This document shows, piece by piece, positions 19,189-29,059 of a stretch of DNA of 61,781 nucleotides. The notes beneath the pieces are model-generated. The model saw nothing but the letters and a program-made list of their open reading frames with translations, did not search any database and was not told where the DNA came from. The position numbers were made by a program, and so were the translations under genes. Origin of the DNA: a virus. Its lineage: Duplodnaviria; Caudoviricetes. The stretch is from the IMG/VR virus record IMGVR_UViG_3300028374_000014, positions 1 through 61,781 of that record, one strand, 5' to 3'. Numbering within the stretch: position 1 is the stretch's first letter; the number at the start of each line of letters is the position of its first letter.

Positions 19189-20481
19189 TTATCCTACCAC
19201 AATTGGGATTGGGATTTTTTGCTGGATTTGGTCTACATCTTCAACCATCTCAGCGTCAGACCTCATAAGAGCAGCATATGTTAGTTTTTCCAGTTGCTCA
19301 TTCAATTGATCCCGAAGTCTGTTTTGTTCTGTTTTCCCTTCTTCTATCAGGGCTGGCCCGTTCAATGTCACATCTCTGCCACCGGGATATGGGATAGATT
19401 GCAATTTCGAACGAACATATCCCAATGATTCTTTGGCTAAAGCTAGAGCATATTGTCTAATCCATTGTTTACCCAATGCATTAATGTTCTTATAGGGTAT
19501 ATTCGAGAAAGGCAGTGTGTTAACATTGTTAATGCCATCAATACCAGTTCTCTTATCGCCGTCTTCTTCCCAAGCATCACTGGGGATATAGAACCTAATC
19601 CACAAGTTGTCAGGGCCAAGTGTATCGTGAGGTGTTGGATAAATTCTGAGCTTATTGTTCCGAATCTCGTAGGACCAGTGAGATAGGCGTGTGTACAAAG
19701 CGTTTTCATATTGAATCGATTGCAATTTATTCTGCCAAACAGGAATTACTTCAAAACTTGAATCATCGGCCCACTGGCCGTAGTTGTGGAAGTTACCAAC
19801 TGTTGTCAATCCACCATAGTAACCATAAAAACGCCATGCTGCTCGTGGTGTTTCAAAAAACACTTTTGTGACAAGAATTCTTTTATTACCTATGGACCCC
19901 GAAAATTCAGGTAAAGCGGAAATCGCTTCTTGAAGATCATAATCTTGTTGATTTGGCGTTGTCGCAATTGAAGCAGAATACTCTGTGTCCAATCCACCAA
20001 GGCTGGCTTCTGTTGCCAAACCATCAGCAACTCGACGTGCATACGCAAAACCGAATTTTGGGTATTTTAGGGAGATATGACTACCACCCAACGATGATGA
20101 CAATGTACCAGATAACAGATTACCGTCCTGATCAAAGCTACCAGATGTTCCACCGAGCATGTCAGAAAGAACATTTTCTGCTTGGTGCATGTTTACGATA
20201 TACGAATATTCCAGTACAGATTCTTCATAAGAAGCGTAAATGTTCTTTTCTTGGAGTTCAATATCTAGGATGTTGCCACCAAGCTTTAAATAGGTATGTG
20301 CTACTTGGTCTGCTGCCCCTGAGAGAAACGCAGCGTCATAGAGAGGCGATGTTTGCTCTGCATATATACCAAAGGGTAGGTTTGTTGCAACATTACCTAC
20401 TGTGCCCGATGCGGGCAGCACGTTAACCGGTGTTTGCTGGACCGGTGTTAGTGTTGGCAGTGCTGTAGAATTTGAACTCAT
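19189..20481 (-). CDS. Neck / head-tail connector protein (T4 gp13-like)
   Basis: LGG-x-x-LDIEL...WIRQYALALAKESLGYVRSK...VTLNG-x-x-L-x-x-EG; follows the capsid gene. Confidence 0.75.
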   Translation of the reverse strand: MSSNSTALPTLTPVQQTPVNVLPASGTVGNVATNLPFGIYAEQTSPLYDAAFLSGAADQVAHTYLKLGGNILDIELQEKNIYASYEESVLEYSYIVNMHQAENVLSDMLGGTSGSFDQDGNLLSGTLSSSLGGSHISLKYPKFGFAYARRVADGLATEASLGGLDTEYSASIATTPNQQDYDLQEAISALPEFSGSIGNKRILVTKVFFETPRAAWRFYGYYGGLTTVGNFHNYGQWADDSSFEVIPVWQNKLQSIQYENALYTRLSHWSYEIRNNKLRIYPTPHDTLGPDNLWIRFYIPSDAWEEDGDKRTGIDGINNVNTLPFSNIPYKNINALGKQWIRQYALALAKESLGYVRSKLQSIPYPGGRDVTLNGPALIEEGKTEQNRLRDQLNEQLEKLTYAALMRSDAEMVEDVDQIQQKIPIPIVVG

Positions 20482-20511
20482 TGGTGTAACCCTCGAAATA
20501 TGACAATCCTT

Positions 20512-20520
20512 TATAATTAG
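20512..20520 (-). promoter_or_regulatory. Putative late promoter CTAATTATA
   Basis: Lies between the capsid terminator and the neck gene, 30 nt before the ATG. Confidence 0.5.
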
Positions 20521-20551
20521 GACAAACCAGAAGATATCGGAGTTTTAATTC

Positions 20552-20599
20552 AAAAAGAAAAAGGGAGCCGTCAGGCTCCCTCTAGCGTGTTAGACACGC
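20552..20599 (-). terminator. Double hairpin / rho-independent terminator after the major capsid gene
   Basis: GCGTGT-CTA-ACACGC, then AGGGAGCC-TGAC-GGCTCCCT followed by TTTTCTTTTT. Confidence 0.85.
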
Positions 20600-20617
20600 C
20601 CCCAGCAATTATTAGGC

Positions 20618-22363
20618 TTAACCTACAAGGTCACGTACCCAGACAATTCCGTACATATCAGGACGAACCATTTGCTTACCGTATCGAGTCATAACACCCT
20701 TACGTGGAACAAAGTCTTCCGTACCGAAGATAACCGGAGTCATTTGCATAGGCACATAAGGTGCATATACATAACCCGATTCTAGGAATGACGAGCCTTT
20801 TCTCCCTACAAGAATCAACTGACGTGGGAAGTAAGGGTCGACATAAATGTCAAACTTCTTATTCACACTACCAGCATTGTAGGATCCAGCGTCGCCCTTG
20901 TCGTCGCCGACTGTAACGTTACCCACAAATCCACGCGTGAATTCAAGGATTGATACAACTTCCGGTGAGCAGACGATGAAGTTAGCTCCGCCTCGGCGCG
21001 TCTTACGGTGCATAACCGCGCTGACGTCGTTGACAACTTCGACAAGTGATTGATACCACTCGGAAATGTTACCCGTGAAGTCAGGTGGCGCAGTAGTAGC
21101 AGAAATGTCTTCACCTGTTTGCGTGTTAAGGAAACGACCCGGCTTACGCGACCAGTATCGAAGGTCTGCTGTAGCACCCTTGATAAGATCTTCAAGCACT
21201 TCCATATTGATTTCAAGTTCAATATGTTCAGCAAGAACAGACGTTAACTCAACTTCAGCGTCGAGGTTGTGATAAGCGTTCAAATCTTGACCCAATTCTG
21301 GTGTCCACTTCGCTTTCAACTTACGCGTTACCGCTGTGATTGCGATGCTGTCTACCTTCAAGTCAAGCTCAGGAATACCTTCATCATTTTCCAGACCCCA
21401 GATATCGGCGCCTACGACAGAACCAACGGCTCCACCTGCGTCGAAGTTATCTGCGACTGGAGCGTCCCATGCGCTCGCAGCATCAAGTGCTGTTGCTGCG
21501 TCACCCTCTGTGTGCGAACCAGAGATCACACGAGCGACTACAAGCACTGTATCCTTAGACGACCCCGAAAGGGAAGTCAAACGTCGTACAAGCTTGTATG
21601 CGCCGGCTGAGTCACGGGTTGCAGAAGATGAAAGGTCGGTATCCGTGATAGCAACAAAGTTCTTTTCGCTGAACTCATTACCTGCACTTTTGAACGATGC
21701 CAATGGAACCGTCGCAATAGCAACCACAGAACCAGAAAGGTCCGGGTCGAAATTGACCAACTTATCGATATCAGCGTTTGAACCACTATTTGTAGACGCG
21801 CCGACAGTACCGGACGCTACAAGAGTTGTTGCCGCTGTGAAAGATGCAGTTGGGTATGTGTAACCATTGTTCATGTTGTATGCTGAACGCTCGTTGTTCA
21901 GAGCATCAAGCAACACACCACCAGTGATTTCAGCGCCAACTACGCCTTGACCATAAATCGAAGAACCAGCAGCTTGTGAAAGGCGGTCATTCGTGTATGT
22001 AAAGTCAAGGAAGAAGATCAGACCAGATGGCAAGCTCATCGGCTGAACAGACACAAGGTCGTTCGCAATAAGATTACCAAAGACGCGACGGACGATCGGG
22101 AATGCGACAGACGCAAAACCCTCAACATCACCGCCACCCATGGTCGATGCTTCTGTAAGGACTTGTTTATATTCCTTTACAATTTGTCCAGCTTGATTTT
22201 CCAAAAGTCGTGACATCGTAGATCGTCGCTTGTCGTCACCCAAACCTTCAAGAAGGCCCGTGTTTTCCCATTTGCGAAGCATACGCTCATTTTCTTTTGC
22301 AAGATTTCGCTGAACCATGTTTTCAGTTAATAGATTATATAGATCTCTATTCATGGTTTTCAA
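20618..22363 (-). CDS. Major capsid protein (T4 gp23-like)
   Basis: KW-x-x-TGLLEGL...LLENQA, FPIVRRVF, VSVQPM-x-x-PSGLIFFLDF, TRKLKAKWTPELGQDL-x-AYH, YAPYVP, PRKGVMTRY. Confidence 0.97.
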   Translation of the reverse strand: MKTMNRDLYNLLTENMVQRNLAKENERMLRKWENTGLLEGLGDDKRRSTMSRLLENQAGQIVKEYKQVLTEASTMGGGDVEGFASVAFPIVRRVFGNLIANDLVSVQPMSLPSGLIFFLDFTYTNDRLSQAAGSSIYGQGVVGAEITGGVLLDALNNERSAYNMNNGYTYPTASFTAATTLVASGTVGASTNSGSNADIDKLVNFDPDLSGSVVAIATVPLASFKSAGNEFSEKNFVAITDTDLSSSATRDSAGAYKLVRRLTSLSGSSKDTVLVVARVISGSHTEGDAATALDAASAWDAPVADNFDAGGAVGSVVGADIWGLENDEGIPELDLKVDSIAITAVTRKLKAKWTPELGQDLNAYHNLDAEVELTSVLAEHIELEINMEVLEDLIKGATADLRYWSRKPGRFLNTQTGEDISATTAPPDFTGNISEWYQSLVEVVNDVSAVMHRKTRRGGANFIVCSPEVVSILEFTRGFVGNVTVGDDKGDAGSYNAGSVNKKFDIYVDPYFPRQLILVGRKGSSFLESGYVYAPYVPMQMTPVIFGTEDFVPRKGVMTRYGKQMVRPDMYGIVWVRDLVG

Positions 22364-22379
22364 TTCTCCAAAAAGTTAA

Positions 22380-23981
22380 TTAATCGTTTAAAATTCCAGC
22401 TAGTTTCTTCCAACGCCCGGAGGTGTTTTCTGATACTATTGCCTTCTCTTCCTCTGCCCTCGGTCTACGAGAGTTTTGGAGCACTGATGATGCTGTTGGT
22501 TTATTCTTCAATGCTTCTGTGAGTGGATTATGATCTCTTCTCTTCATATCTGAGAGAGATCCCGCTGCACTTTCTTGAAGCTTAAATAAACGTTGAGCTT
22601 CACCAACTGTTGTGGCATCCGAAATTGCTTCGACAATCTTGTGTTTTTGCCGCTCATTCAGGGAGTTGTTTCCAAATACCTTCTGTTGCAACTGTAACTT
22701 AACGTTCTCTATATTAAGTTGTTGCATCAAATCTGCTACTTCTAGCAGCTTCTTCTTATAACTATTAGCTTTATTCTCCAAATTCCGATTTTCTTTTATA
22801 TATTTTTTGCTAATACGTTTTAATTGTGCTATTTTCTTTGATTCATTCACATAATCGTGAGTATCATTTTGTGTTCTTCGATCGCCCGGTGCGGAATGTG
22901 CTTTCTTCACCTTATCTTCCGCATCGTCATCATCTGATTTGCCGGGGTTATTAAGACGCGCTAATAACTTGTCAAATTCGTCATCAAAGTCTGCGTCACT
23001 ACGTGGGGACCAACCGGATGGTTGCTCTTCGACATCCGCGGTCAATCCTTCACTAACTTCTGCGTCAGAGACATCTTTATCAGAATATCCGCGTCCAACG
23101 ATTTCAGCCAATTCTTCATCTAACTCAATTTCTAATTCTTCTTGAAATGGTTTCTCGTTTTTTGTCACTTCTGTGTCTTCCCGTCCATAGTCGGGGCCTG
23201 CAACAGCAGTGCCGCTTGTTTGTTTTTGTCGTTGATTAATTTTATCCCATTGGTTACCAAACTTTTCGAACTCTGCATTGCGTTTTCCTTTTCTATCGAA
23301 ATAAGCGTCATCTTTTTCAACTGGAGTAAATTCACCTTTACGGGCATGAGCTTGGTCAGCCTTTGCAACGAGGCGGGCGGAACGTTCTTCTGGAGTCTCA
23401 TCAGCAAATGGCACACCTTCGTCCAAATACTCTTCAAACAATGATTCATCTAATTCGAATTCTTGCAAAAAGCTTTCTTCGCTATTTTCTGCGCCGGCCA
23501 ACTCTTGTGCAGCATCCTCATGAGACTGAGGGCCGGTCATTCCGCCGGGACCACCTTTGCTTGTATCCATCGTGTCGCCGTCTGTGCTCATGCCCATTAA
23601 GTCGTCAAAATCGATTTCAATTTCTTCTTCGTCTTCTGGACAAGGACACAAATCTTCACCATCACCGAATGACATTGGAACTTGATTATCCAAATAAGAA
23701 TTATTCCCAGCTTCAGGGTATTCCAAATCATCCTCAAAACCGAACATTTCAGGTTCTTCACCCATTTCGAAATCGTCATCGGGTCCAGCGAAACCAAGAT
23801 CTGGTTCTGGCTCTGGTTGCTCATCGAGGATTGACTCGGCAATTTTGCCCTCCAAAATCTGGTTCATATTGGACCTGATCTCAGACGCATATTTGCCTAC
23901 AAGATCTGTCTCAGCTTGTTGCCGAGCGGCCTCTCTTAATTTTTGTGACTCTATAAAAGCTTCTTTAAGAAGTGAAGACAT
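22380..23981 (-). CDS. Prohead core / scaffolding protein (T4 gp22-like)
   Basis: Start moved to MSSLLKE at 23981 (AGGAG RBS). Very acidic with a coiled-coil C-terminus, many [ILV]-x-E sites, ends RWKKLAGI; directly upstream of the capsid gene. Confidence 0.8.
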   Translation of the reverse strand: MSSLLKEAFIESQKLREAARQQAETDLVGKYASEIRSNMNQILEGKIAESILDEQPEPEPDLGFAGPDDDFEMGEEPEMFGFEDDLEYPEAGNNSYLDNQVPMSFGDGEDLCPCPEDEEEIEIDFDDLMGMSTDGDTMDTSKGGPGGMTGPQSHEDAAQELAGAENSEESFLQEFELDESLFEEYLDEGVPFADETPEERSARLVAKADQAHARKGEFTPVEKDDAYFDRKGKRNAEFEKFGNQWDKINQRQKQTSGTAVAGPDYGREDTEVTKNEKPFQEELEIELDEELAEIVGRGYSDKDVSDAEVSEGLTADVEEQPSGWSPRSDADFDDEFDKLLARLNNPGKSDDDDAEDKVKKAHSAPGDRRTQNDTHDYVNESKKIAQLKRISKKYIKENRNLENKANSYKKKLLEVADLMQQLNIENVKLQLQQKVFGNNSLNERQKHKIVEAISDATTVGEAQRLFKLQESAAGSLSDMKRRDHNPLTEALKNKPTASSVLQNSRRPRAEEEKAIVSENTSGRWKKLAGILND

Positions 23982-24009
23982 ATTTTTTACTCCTGTTATA
24001 AAATTCCAT

Positions 24010-24018
24010 AATAAATAT
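24010..24018 (-). promoter_or_regulatory. Putative late promoter ATATTTATT
   Basis: About 30 nt upstream of the scaffold start. Confidence 0.45.
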
Positions 24019-24056
24019 AACTCAAACCCCGCGCATGACAAAATATCTATAGATTA

Positions 24057-27000
24057 TTAGAAAAATGTTTTCTTTTCATCCCAAAATAAATCATAAGTAA
24101 TTCGGCCACCGGAGACAAACTTGTGCTTTATACCATAAAACGCATTGTTGGTTGCTTTGAGGGATGAAGCAATTTCCGAGCTTCCAAAACCGTCATCAGC
24201 ATTGTGGTTTCCAAATGTATCGCCGTCTACAAATAAGCTTCCCACTAAATAATCAGAATTCCACGAATGACTGCCGAACGCATCAAAGTTTTCATATAAA
24301 GACGCGCCCAATACTGTATTTGACTGGTGCGATCCAAATGTGTCACCATCGACGAACAAAGTTACTGGTATTGATATATCAATTCCATGATTTCCAAATG
24401 TGTCACCATCGACGAACAATGTTGCCGATATTTCCAGTGCCCCACTTGCTGAATGACTTCCGAATGTATCGCCATCTACAAACAATGTGACAGGAAGTGA
24501 AGTATCAACAGAATGACTTCCGAATGCATCACCATCTGCAAACAATGTGGCAGGAAGTGAAGTATCAACAGAATGACTTCCGAATGCATCACCATCTGCA
24601 AACAATGTTGAGTTTAATTGCGTAGCAGTGTTAAATGTATGGCTACCGAATGTATCGCCATCTGCGAATAATGTGACAGGAAGTGAAGTATCAACAGAAT
24701 GACTTCCGAATGTATCGCCGTCAACGAATAGTGTACCATTTAGAGTTAATTCAAATGTTGCAGTATGACTTCCGAATATATCGCCGTCTGTGAACAATGC
24801 TGCATCTAATTGTGTAGAAAACGAATGACTACCAAATGTATCGCCGTCTGTGAACAATGTTGCAGGTATTGACACCCCAACAGCATGACTACCGAATGTA
24901 TCACCATCAATAAACAATGTTGCAGGTATTGACATATCCACCACATGACTACCAAATATATCACCATCTGCAAATAGCGTCGCATTGTAAACTGTTGCCG
25001 TATTTACAGAGTGGCTACCAAATGTGTCACCGTCAGTGAACAGCGTTGCATCTACTGTTGGATTTACTTGATGACTACCAAATGTATCGCCATCTGCAAA
25101 TAATGCTGTATCTACTGTTGGATTTACTTGATGACTACCAAATGTATCGCCATCTGCAAATAGCGTCGCATTGTAAACTGTTGCCGTATTTACAGAGTGG
25201 CTACCAAATGTGTCACCGTCAGTGAACAGCGTTGCATCTATTGTGGGGTTTATTTGATGACTACCAAATGTATCGCCATCTGTAAGCAGTGTCGCAGAGA
25301 TATCTGAGTTCAGAGTATGTGTACCAAATGTATCGCCATCTGCAAACAGCGTTGTATCTATTGTGGGGTTTATTTGATGACTACCAAATGTATCACCATC
25401 GACGAATAATGTACCATTTAGTGATATACCCGCAAAATGATTTCCGAACGTATCACCATCTGCAAATAACGTTGTTATTACTGTTGGGTTCGTTTGATGA
25501 CTACCAAATGTATCACCATCGACGAACAGCGTTGTATCTATCGTTGGATTGACAGTATGACTGCCAAATGTATCACCATCAGTGAATAGCGTCGCGTTAT
25601 ATATCGTTGCTGTACTTGCAGTATGTGATCCAAATGTGTTACCATCGACGAACAGCGTTGCATCTATCGTTGGATTGACGGTATGACTGCCAAATGTATC
25701 ACCATCAGTGAATAGCGTTGTGGTTACTGTTGTACCAATGGTATGACTGCCAAATGTATCACCATCAGTGAATAGCGTTGTGGTTACTGTTGTACCAATG
25801 GTATGACTGCCAAATGTATCACCATCAGTGAATAGCGTTGTATCTATCGTTGGATTGACAGTATGACTGCCAAATGTATCACCATCTGCAAATAACGTTG
25901 TTATTACTGTTGGGTTCGTTTGATGACTGCCAAATGTATCACCATCAGTGAATAGCGTTGTATCTATCGTTGGATTGATAGTATGACTGCCAAATGTATC
26001 ACCATCAGTGAATAATGTGCCGTTTAGAAGCGTATCACCAGAAACAGAGTGAACACCAAATGTATCACCATCTGCAAATAATATCGCATCTATCGTTGGA
26101 TTGACAGTGTGTGATCCGAATGTGTCACCATCAACGAACAGTGTTGTTGTTACCGTTGGATTGACAGTGTGTGATCCGAATGTGTCACCATCGACGAACA
26201 GCGTTGTTGTCACTGTTATGCCAGTGGTATGACTGCCAAATGTGTCACCATCGACGAACAGCGTTGTTGTCACTGTTGGATCGATAGTGTGTGATCCGAA
26301 TGTGTCACCATCAACAAAAGTTGTTGTTGTTACTGTCGGGTTGACAGAGTGAGCGCCGAAAGAATCCGGCGTGTCTTCGAATAGTGTGCCATTAAGTGCT
26401 GTGGCAATTGAAGCAGTATGATTACCAAATGTATCACCATCAACAAAAGTTGTTGTTGTTACTGTCGGGTTGACAGAGTGAGCGCCGAAAGAATCCGGCG
26501 TGTCTTCGAATAGTGTTGTTGTTACTGTCGGGTTGACAGAGTGAGCACCGAAAGAATCCGGCGTGTCTTCGAATAGTGTGCCATTAAGCGTTGTAACAAC
26601 AGCGTCATATTCCACCTGCCATTCAACCGCGCCAACATTGACAGAGTTTCGGGCGCTCGGCGGGCCGCCGGCCTTAGTGCCAACCACCATAATTTCAACA
26701 TTAGCACCTGTGGCTGTCGTGAGAACGCTAGCGTTCCATGTATAACTCAATGTGGTACCACCAACCGTAATGTTGGTGTCAGTGCCGGCGCTGATTAGTG
26801 TGCCATTCTCCCACAATTCGATGCGGGCTTGTGGGGTACCCGTCTGGGCTTCACTAAATTGTTCACAATATGCGCGGAAAGTCTGGAGGTCTGTTCCTAC
26901 TGTGGGATCCCCGGATGGCGTGGGGAAGGAACAGCGCAGATCTGTATTGGAGTTGTTATTAGCGGCAGTTACGAATAACGAATCAGGACTATCGAGATCG

Positions 27001-27080
27001 GGATCATCAATATCGGTGACGGCTCCGGTGGAGGAAGTCTGCGCGATAATTGTATCTGGTTTTAGGTTTTCTGCGGCCAT
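24057..27080 (-). CDS. Repeat-rich fibre/decoration protein (1007 aa, about 39 LFxDGDTFGSH repeats)
   Basis: GGAGG RBS; ~160-aa N-terminal beta-rich domain, then tandem 20-23-aa repeats; located in the head module. Confidence 0.8.
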   Translation of the reverse strand: MAAENLKPDTIIAQTSSTGAVTDIDDPDLDSPDSLFVTAANNNSNTDLRCSFPTPSGDPTVGTDLQTFRAYCEQFSEAQTGTPQARIELWENGTLISAGTDTNITVGGTTLSYTWNASVLTTATGANVEIMVVGTKAGGPPSARNSVNVGAVEWQVEYDAVVTTLNGTLFEDTPDSFGAHSVNPTVTTTLFEDTPDSFGAHSVNPTVTTTTFVDGDTFGNHTASIATALNGTLFEDTPDSFGAHSVNPTVTTTTFVDGDTFGSHTIDPTVTTTLFVDGDTFGSHTTGITVTTTLFVDGDTFGSHTVNPTVTTTLFVDGDTFGSHTVNPTIDAILFADGDTFGVHSVSGDTLLNGTLFTDGDTFGSHTINPTIDTTLFTDGDTFGSHQTNPTVITTLFADGDTFGSHTVNPTIDTTLFTDGDTFGSHTIGTTVTTTLFTDGDTFGSHTIGTTVTTTLFTDGDTFGSHTVNPTIDATLFVDGNTFGSHTASTATIYNATLFTDGDTFGSHTVNPTIDTTLFVDGDTFGSHQTNPTVITTLFADGDTFGNHFAGISLNGTLFVDGDTFGSHQINPTIDTTLFADGDTFGTHTLNSDISATLLTDGDTFGSHQINPTIDATLFTDGDTFGSHSVNTATVYNATLFADGDTFGSHQVNPTVDTALFADGDTFGSHQVNPTVDATLFTDGDTFGSHSVNTATVYNATLFADGDIFGSHVVDMSIPATLFIDGDTFGSHAVGVSIPATLFTDGDTFGSHSFSTQLDAALFTDGDIFGSHTATFELTLNGTLFVDGDTFGSHSVDTSLPVTLFADGDTFGSHTFNTATQLNSTLFADGDAFGSHSVDTSLPATLFADGDAFGSHSVDTSLPVTLFVDGDTFGSHSASGALEISATLFVDGDTFGNHGIDISIPVTLFVDGDTFGSHQSNTVLGASLYENFDAFGSHSWNSDYLVGSLFVDGDTFGNHNADDGFGSSEIASSLKATNNAFYGIKHKFVSGGRITYDLFWDEKKTFF
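24200..26590. repeat. Coding tandem repeat, ~60-nt unit (occasionally 63-69 nt), about 39 copies
   Basis: Near-identical 60-nt lines at 25681-26000 (gtatgactgccaaatgtatcaccatcagtgaatagcgttg...). Confidence 0.95.
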
Positions 27081-27342
27081 TGATTCCTCCGGGTCGGTGT
27101 TGGCGAGGTGTTTCCTTTTTTAGAGGGATTGTGGTCGCGTGGTCAACTTTTCGATATGCCCCCGACGTATTGGTCGAAAAACCCAATTAATCCGCGGCGG
27201 GGGCGTATATGAAGAGGTAAAAATGCAACAATTGCGGAACGCAGTCGAGAATCGAAAAACGTGGGGCCGCAATTGTTGTGTTCAAAGCGAGTGTATCCGC
27301 GGTGTTTACCTGAAAAATTCGGATCCACCTTTACCTTTTGTT

Positions 27343-27741
27343 CTAAATAGTAAAGATACCCGCGGCGTCCCATGCGATTGTTACATCGCCACCAAGCGTT
27401 ACAGGAAGTCCTGAGATTGAACTTGAATTCAAAAATGCTACAAGTGTTGAAGTACCCGCGGTGCCGGTGTCGATATAAAGAATCACAACTTCACAGTTGT
27501 CGCCGGAGGTCGCGGAAAATGTAACATCGTCGGCGTCAAAAGTACCAGCTGTTATTGTCTTTCCTGTCATGTTTGCCGATGTCTCTTCGATACCGCCCGC
27601 GGCAATTGCGGACAAGAATTCATCTGTCGGATCATATGTTACATCTGCACCATCAACAAGAATTACTTTCACATTTCCTGTCATAATGTTGCAACCGTTT
27701 TGCTGCGTTTGCGTTTTGTAGATTGGGTAAAGTTGTGCCAT
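27343..27741 (-). CDS. Small virion structural protein (fibre/minor-tail-type family)
   Basis: AAGGAG RBS; KVILVD...EFLS...GTFDADDVTF...ILYIDTG...L-x-A...GLPVT-x-GGD-x-TI-x-W-x-x-x-GIF pattern recalled from small phage structural proteins. Confidence 0.7.
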   Translation of the reverse strand: MAQLYPIYKTQTQQNGCNIMTGNVKVILVDGADVTYDPTDEFLSAIAAGGIEETSANMTGKTITAGTFDADDVTFSATSGDNCEVVILYIDTGTAGTSTLVAFLNSSSISGLPVTLGGDVTIAWDAAGIFTI

Positions 27742-27763
27742 TTTTCTCTCCTTAGTTTTTTAT

Positions 27764-28123
27764 TTAACGTATCAAAATCGTTGTTACTCTTACACTCGTG
27801 GAATTAGAACCAGAATTAACCAAAAATCTTGGTGGTTCCGCGATCAGCCTCCACGGACCTGAAAGTGTTTGATTATCCAAAGTTGGGTATATCTTAACAC
27901 CCGCGCTACTGACTTCATCTTGGGTCAATTCAAATGATCCAGTATACTCATCAAATAGATACACCACGCGGTCACTGGTCCAATATTGAGAACCAGAAGC
28001 CCACAACCCTTGGCCCCATTGTCCTAAATTACCTTTAGTGGGATCCCAGAGTTGTGGTATTTCTATCTTTTTATGTGTTTGCGTTACAGTGATAGTTTGT
28101 ACACCTAAAATCTTATCAGCCAT
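27764..28123 (-). CDS. Hypothetical virion protein (paralog of 28700..29059)
   Basis: 119 aa; shares VQTITVT, LWDP, WGQG, TGSFEL and SGPWRLIA-x-PPRFL-x-NSGSNS with the paralog. Confidence 0.75.
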   Translation of the reverse strand: MADKILGVQTITVTQTHKKIEIPQLWDPTKGNLGQWGQGLWASGSQYWTSDRVVYLFDEYTGSFELTQDEVSSAGVKIYPTLDNQTLSGPWRLIAEPPRFLVNSGSNSTSVRVTTILIR

Positions 28124-28700
28124 TATCTAAACTCCATTTTTTATTAAAATAATGACTTATTTCTGTAATAACGTTTTTTTCAACTTTTTCCAAAATTAAG
28201 AATTCTTTTATAATTCCGTTCAATCTTGGAGGTCTATGTGTTTTAAACGCCCTACCTAAATAGGTTAGACCCTCCATTAAGTCGACACTATTTTGAATCA
28301 ATTGCAATCCCGCTGAATCACTTTTCACTTCAATACCATTCTCAGCAGATAATATAATTTGACCAGAAGAATACAAATCAGCAATAATAAAAATTGTACA
28401 ATCTTCGGATTCTTTCAATTTTACTTCCATAAACTTAACTTCTTTATTTGAATCAAACAGCAAACCCTGCTCAGTTACTTCTGGTCGAAGTTTAGGAATT
28501 GTTTGCTTCAGTGGAAGCAGAACACCTGTTTTTATCTCTGAATCACTTAAATACAATACTATATTATCACTATAATTGTTAACAATATTGCTGCTGCGGC
28601 TCTTTTGTCTAATTCCATTTGCATCGCCGGTAACAGGCTCTGTAACATCGAAATTTGAACTATGAGAATTTCCGGTATAATAACCTTTTTCTCTAAACAT
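28116..28700 (-). CDS. Hypothetical protein, possibly a reduced LamG/concanavalin-like domain
   Basis: Ends LGR...LNG-x-I-x-E-x-LI...I-x-x-YF-x-x-KW, a LamG-like C-terminal pattern; overlaps both neighbours. Confidence 0.55.
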   Translation of the reverse strand: MFREKGYYTGNSHSSNFDVTEPVTGDANGIRQKSRSSNIVNNYSDNIVLYLSDSEIKTGVLLPLKQTIPKLRPEVTEQGLLFDSNKEVKFMEVKLKESEDCTIFIIADLYSSGQIILSAENGIEVKSDSAGLQLIQNSVDLMEGLTYLGRAFKTHRPPRLNGIIKEFLILEKVEKNVITEISHYFNKKWSLDNG

Positions 28701-29059
28701 TATCTCACCAAAATTATGCTAACTTTTACAGCTTGTGAATTTGATCCTGAATTAATTAAAAATCTTGGTGGTTTAGCAATCAACCTCCACGGACCAGATT
28801 GTACCTGACTTCCCACTTCATCTCGAATTGTAATACCTTCTGTTTCTGTATCTTCTTGTATTAATTCAAATGAGCCAGTAAAGTTATCAAAAACATACAC
28901 TATCTTATCACTAGAGTGGTATTGAGAACCTTGCTGCAAATGGCCTTGACCCCACGAGCCGGCATTTGCGGCGGACGGATCCCATAATCTAGGTAATGAT
29001 ATCTCTTCTGCTGTATTTGTTACAGTAATTGTTTGTACTTCTATAATTCTATCTGCCAT
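28700..29059 (-). CDS. Hypothetical virion protein (paralog of 27764..28123)
   Basis: 119 aa, colinear with its paralog. Confidence 0.75.
   Translation of the reverse strand: MADRIIEVQTITVTNTAEEISLPRLWDPSAANAGSWGQGHLQQGSQYHSSDKIVYVFDNFTGSFELIQEDTETEGITIRDEVGSQVQSGPWRLIAKPPRFLINSGSNSQAVKVSIILVR

Noticed and set aside
24200-26590. 60-nt periodic repeat as a CRISPR array
   Set aside because: The units are in-frame coding repeats with synonymous variation and non-unique 'spacers'; no cas genes are present.
1-26590. Two repeat loci as a DGR template/variable pair
   Set aside because: No reverse transcriptase in the window, the differences are not adenine-specific, and both copies are coding.
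27081-27414. ORFs 27143..27373 (-) and 27139..27414 (+), or a broken zinc-ribbon gene (ICPR...CNNCG across a frameshift)
   Set aside because: No convincing RBS or motif; the zinc-ribbon reading needs both a frameshift and a missing Cys.
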